64,000 nt of DNA, from positions 2,304,001 through 2,368,000 of the forward strand of contig OY760074.1 in assembly GCA_963663035.1 (NCBI GenBank), in the 5' to 3' direction. Under the pieces are notes generated by a model, which saw nothing but the letters and a program-made list of their open reading frames with translations, was not told the DNA's origin and did no database searches. This document shows, one piece after another, positions 62,395-64,000 of this stretch. The translations under genes and the position numbers were made by a program. Source of the stretch: Acidobacteriota bacterium. GTDB taxonomy: Bacteria > Acidobacteriota > UBA6911 > RPQK01 > JADFOI01. Position 1 is the stretch's first letter; the number at the start of each line of letters is the position of its first letter.

Positions 62395-63921
62395 TGTCCC
62401 CCCGAAAAACTCCATTCAACCGGTTAGGAAGCACAAGGCGCAGGCTCAGGTTGCAAATTTGAATGATCTTCCTCGGCGAGCACTACGAACCACGATGAGA
62501 ATCAGTGGACAGGCGTTTGCTTTGCGGCTGAAGAAGCCCCCCAGGCAGACCTTGCCTGTGTCAGACAGATGTTGAGGGAATGAGTCGGTTGTGACCTGAG
62601 TCTTACGCTGCCACCCGTTCGTAGCGATGGTGAAGCCCACCGCAGATCGGAAACGAGATCAGCTTGAGTGGCCCAGCAGTTACACTCGGCTTCTTAGTGG
62701 CAACGGGTGTGCCACCGTCCAGTCCCTGATGTGGCCGGGCGGAATGGTAGTACTGCTCAATGTATTCCCTGAGTAAACGGTTCAGGTGCCTTTCACTGAG
62801 AACGATGACGTGATCAAGCAGTTCCCTGCGGAGCGTGCCGACAAACCTTTCTATATAAGGATTCTGCCAAGGACTCCTGTACGCCGTTCGCACCTCTTCA
62901 ATGTTACAGCTGTCCAGGAACTTCCGTACTCCGTGGCCGTAGATGCCGTCATTGTCACGGAACAAATATCTGGGCTGACGACCGAAGGGCGTAGCTTCTC
63001 GAAGCTGTTGAATAACCCATGCCATGGAGGGATGATACGTCGTCGAGAAATGCATCACCCTCCTTCGACCATGTTCAAAGACGACAAAAACGTAGAGAAA
63101 TGAGAAGCCGACCGTGATCACGGTAAAGAAGTCCATCGCCCAGGAGACATCCAGATGGTTACGCAGGAAAGGCAGCCAATTCGTTGGTTTGTCAGGCTGA
63201 TTCTTCGGCTGGCTCATGTAGTTGCGGATAGAGTCGTCACAAGGAGGATCGTAGCCGAGAAGCCGCAAGGTGTCCCGGATTCGTTCGGCACTCCATACAG
63301 GATTCTCTCGCCTCAGCCGGCGAATCAGATCCCGCATCTCCTTTGGCACTGGAGGCCGGCCAGGCTGTCCCCTCGACTTCCTGCACCAGTAGAGACGGAA
63401 GGCTGTGGTGTGCCAGCGCTTGACCGTGGCGGGCTGCATCAGATGTACCACTTGATGCCATTCATTCCAGGCCTTGGACAGCAACACCCAAAGCAGTCTG
63501 AAAGCCTGGGTGAATCTGGGCCTCGGTCGATCCTTCCCCTCGATCCGACGCTTGCACGCGGCCAACTGACTTTCTGCCGCCAAGACTCGTGCCGCCAAAG
63601 TTGCCCTTGAGCTGAAGAGAGCCGATAGAAAAGTATGGATGTATCCGGCAGCTTCCTTGAGGTCAGAAATCGTCTCGAGGATGATCTGGAACAGGCAACG
63701 AATCTCTCTCATGGCCCCAGAATACGAGGCCGTGAGCTCAGACTCAAGAATTCCATAAGTCGTTGCTGTATAAGGCGGACGATATTTTTCGGGGGGACAC
63801 CTTTCTTCTAGTCGGATGGAGTTTTTCGGGGGGACACCCCAGAATACGAGGCCGTGAGCTCAGACTCGAGAACTCCATAAGTCGTTGCTGTACAAGGCGG
63901 ACGATATTTTCCGGAGGGACA
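62395..63921 (-). mobile_element. IS481-like element with multiple stacked ends
   Basis: TGTCCCCCCGAAAAACTC at 62395; opposite ends ...GGGACA at 63799, 63836 and 63921. Confidence 0.7.
62603..63712 (-). CDS. integrase-core (rve) transposase, IS481-like
   Basis: WAMDFF, LFRDND, SPWQNPYIERFVGTLRRE, GGLHHRY. Confidence 0.9.
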   Translation of the reverse strand: MREIRCLFQIILETISDLKEAAGYIHTFLSALFSSRATLAARVLAAESQLAACKRRIEGKDRPRPRFTQAFRLLWVLLSKAWNEWHQVVHLMQPATVKRWHTTAFRLYWCRKSRGQPGRPPVPKEMRDLIRRLRRENPVWSAERIRDTLRLLGYDPPCDDSIRNYMSQPKNQPDKPTNWLPFLRNHLDVSWAMDFFTVITVGFSFLYVFVVFEHGRRRVMHFSTTYHPSMAWVIQQLREATPFGRQPRYLFRDNDGIYGHGVRKFLDSCNIEEVRTAYRSPWQNPYIERFVGTLRRELLDHVIVLSERHLNRLLREYIEQYYHSARPHQGLDGGTPVATKKPSVTAGPLKLISFPICGGLHHRYERVAA

Positions 63922-63961
63922 GGTGGTTGCATCATTCGCTATTCGCGAATAGAATATACGC

Positions 63962-64000
63962 ATGGTTTTAAAGCCTCAGGATGTTTGTGTGATGCTGAAA
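63962..64000 (+). CDS. 5' end of a hypothetical protein (MVLKPQD...), runs off the window
   Basis: TTGCAT-N17-TAGAAT promoter 6 nt upstream, overlapped by the palindrome CTATTCGCGAATAG. Confidence 0.55.
   Translation, partial: MVLKPQDVCVMLK

Overview
A GC-moderate bacterial window; an Acidobacteriota-like origin is inferred from gene content and not verified. The left two-thirds holds housekeeping genes: sucC, S9 peptidase, FAD oxidoreductase, HhH-GPD, 7TM-HD, cytochrome c-FTR1, hemG-hemE, cysM-mec-cysO, comM, a PilX-like protein, GDPD, sod, macro domain, YyaL, M20, OmpA, GGDEF-AAA-HEAT and an AlkP/sulfotransferase operon. Recently expanded IS elements are scattered throughout: four full and one internally deleted IS3, two IS1380, one IS256, one IS481-like element and several MITEs. 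From about 50.4 kb the window is an accessory region full of attachment-site remnants. Top observations: (1) an apparently leaderless 62-aa leader ORF with 7 consecutive Cys codons, a complementary antiterminator and an intrinsic terminator directly upstream of cysM-mec-cysO, i.e. a candidate trp-style cysteine transcription attenuator; (2) three tandem tRNA-Ala 3'-half att sites with conserved arms that bracket small integrase-less cargo cassettes; (3) a RAYT-like HUH transposase flanked by long inverted repeats and by a duplication of the convergent comM/pilX-like 3' ends; (4) orphan comM and tRNA-Leu att fragments and a solitary integron-type cassette. All calls come from reading the sequence; no database searches were run.
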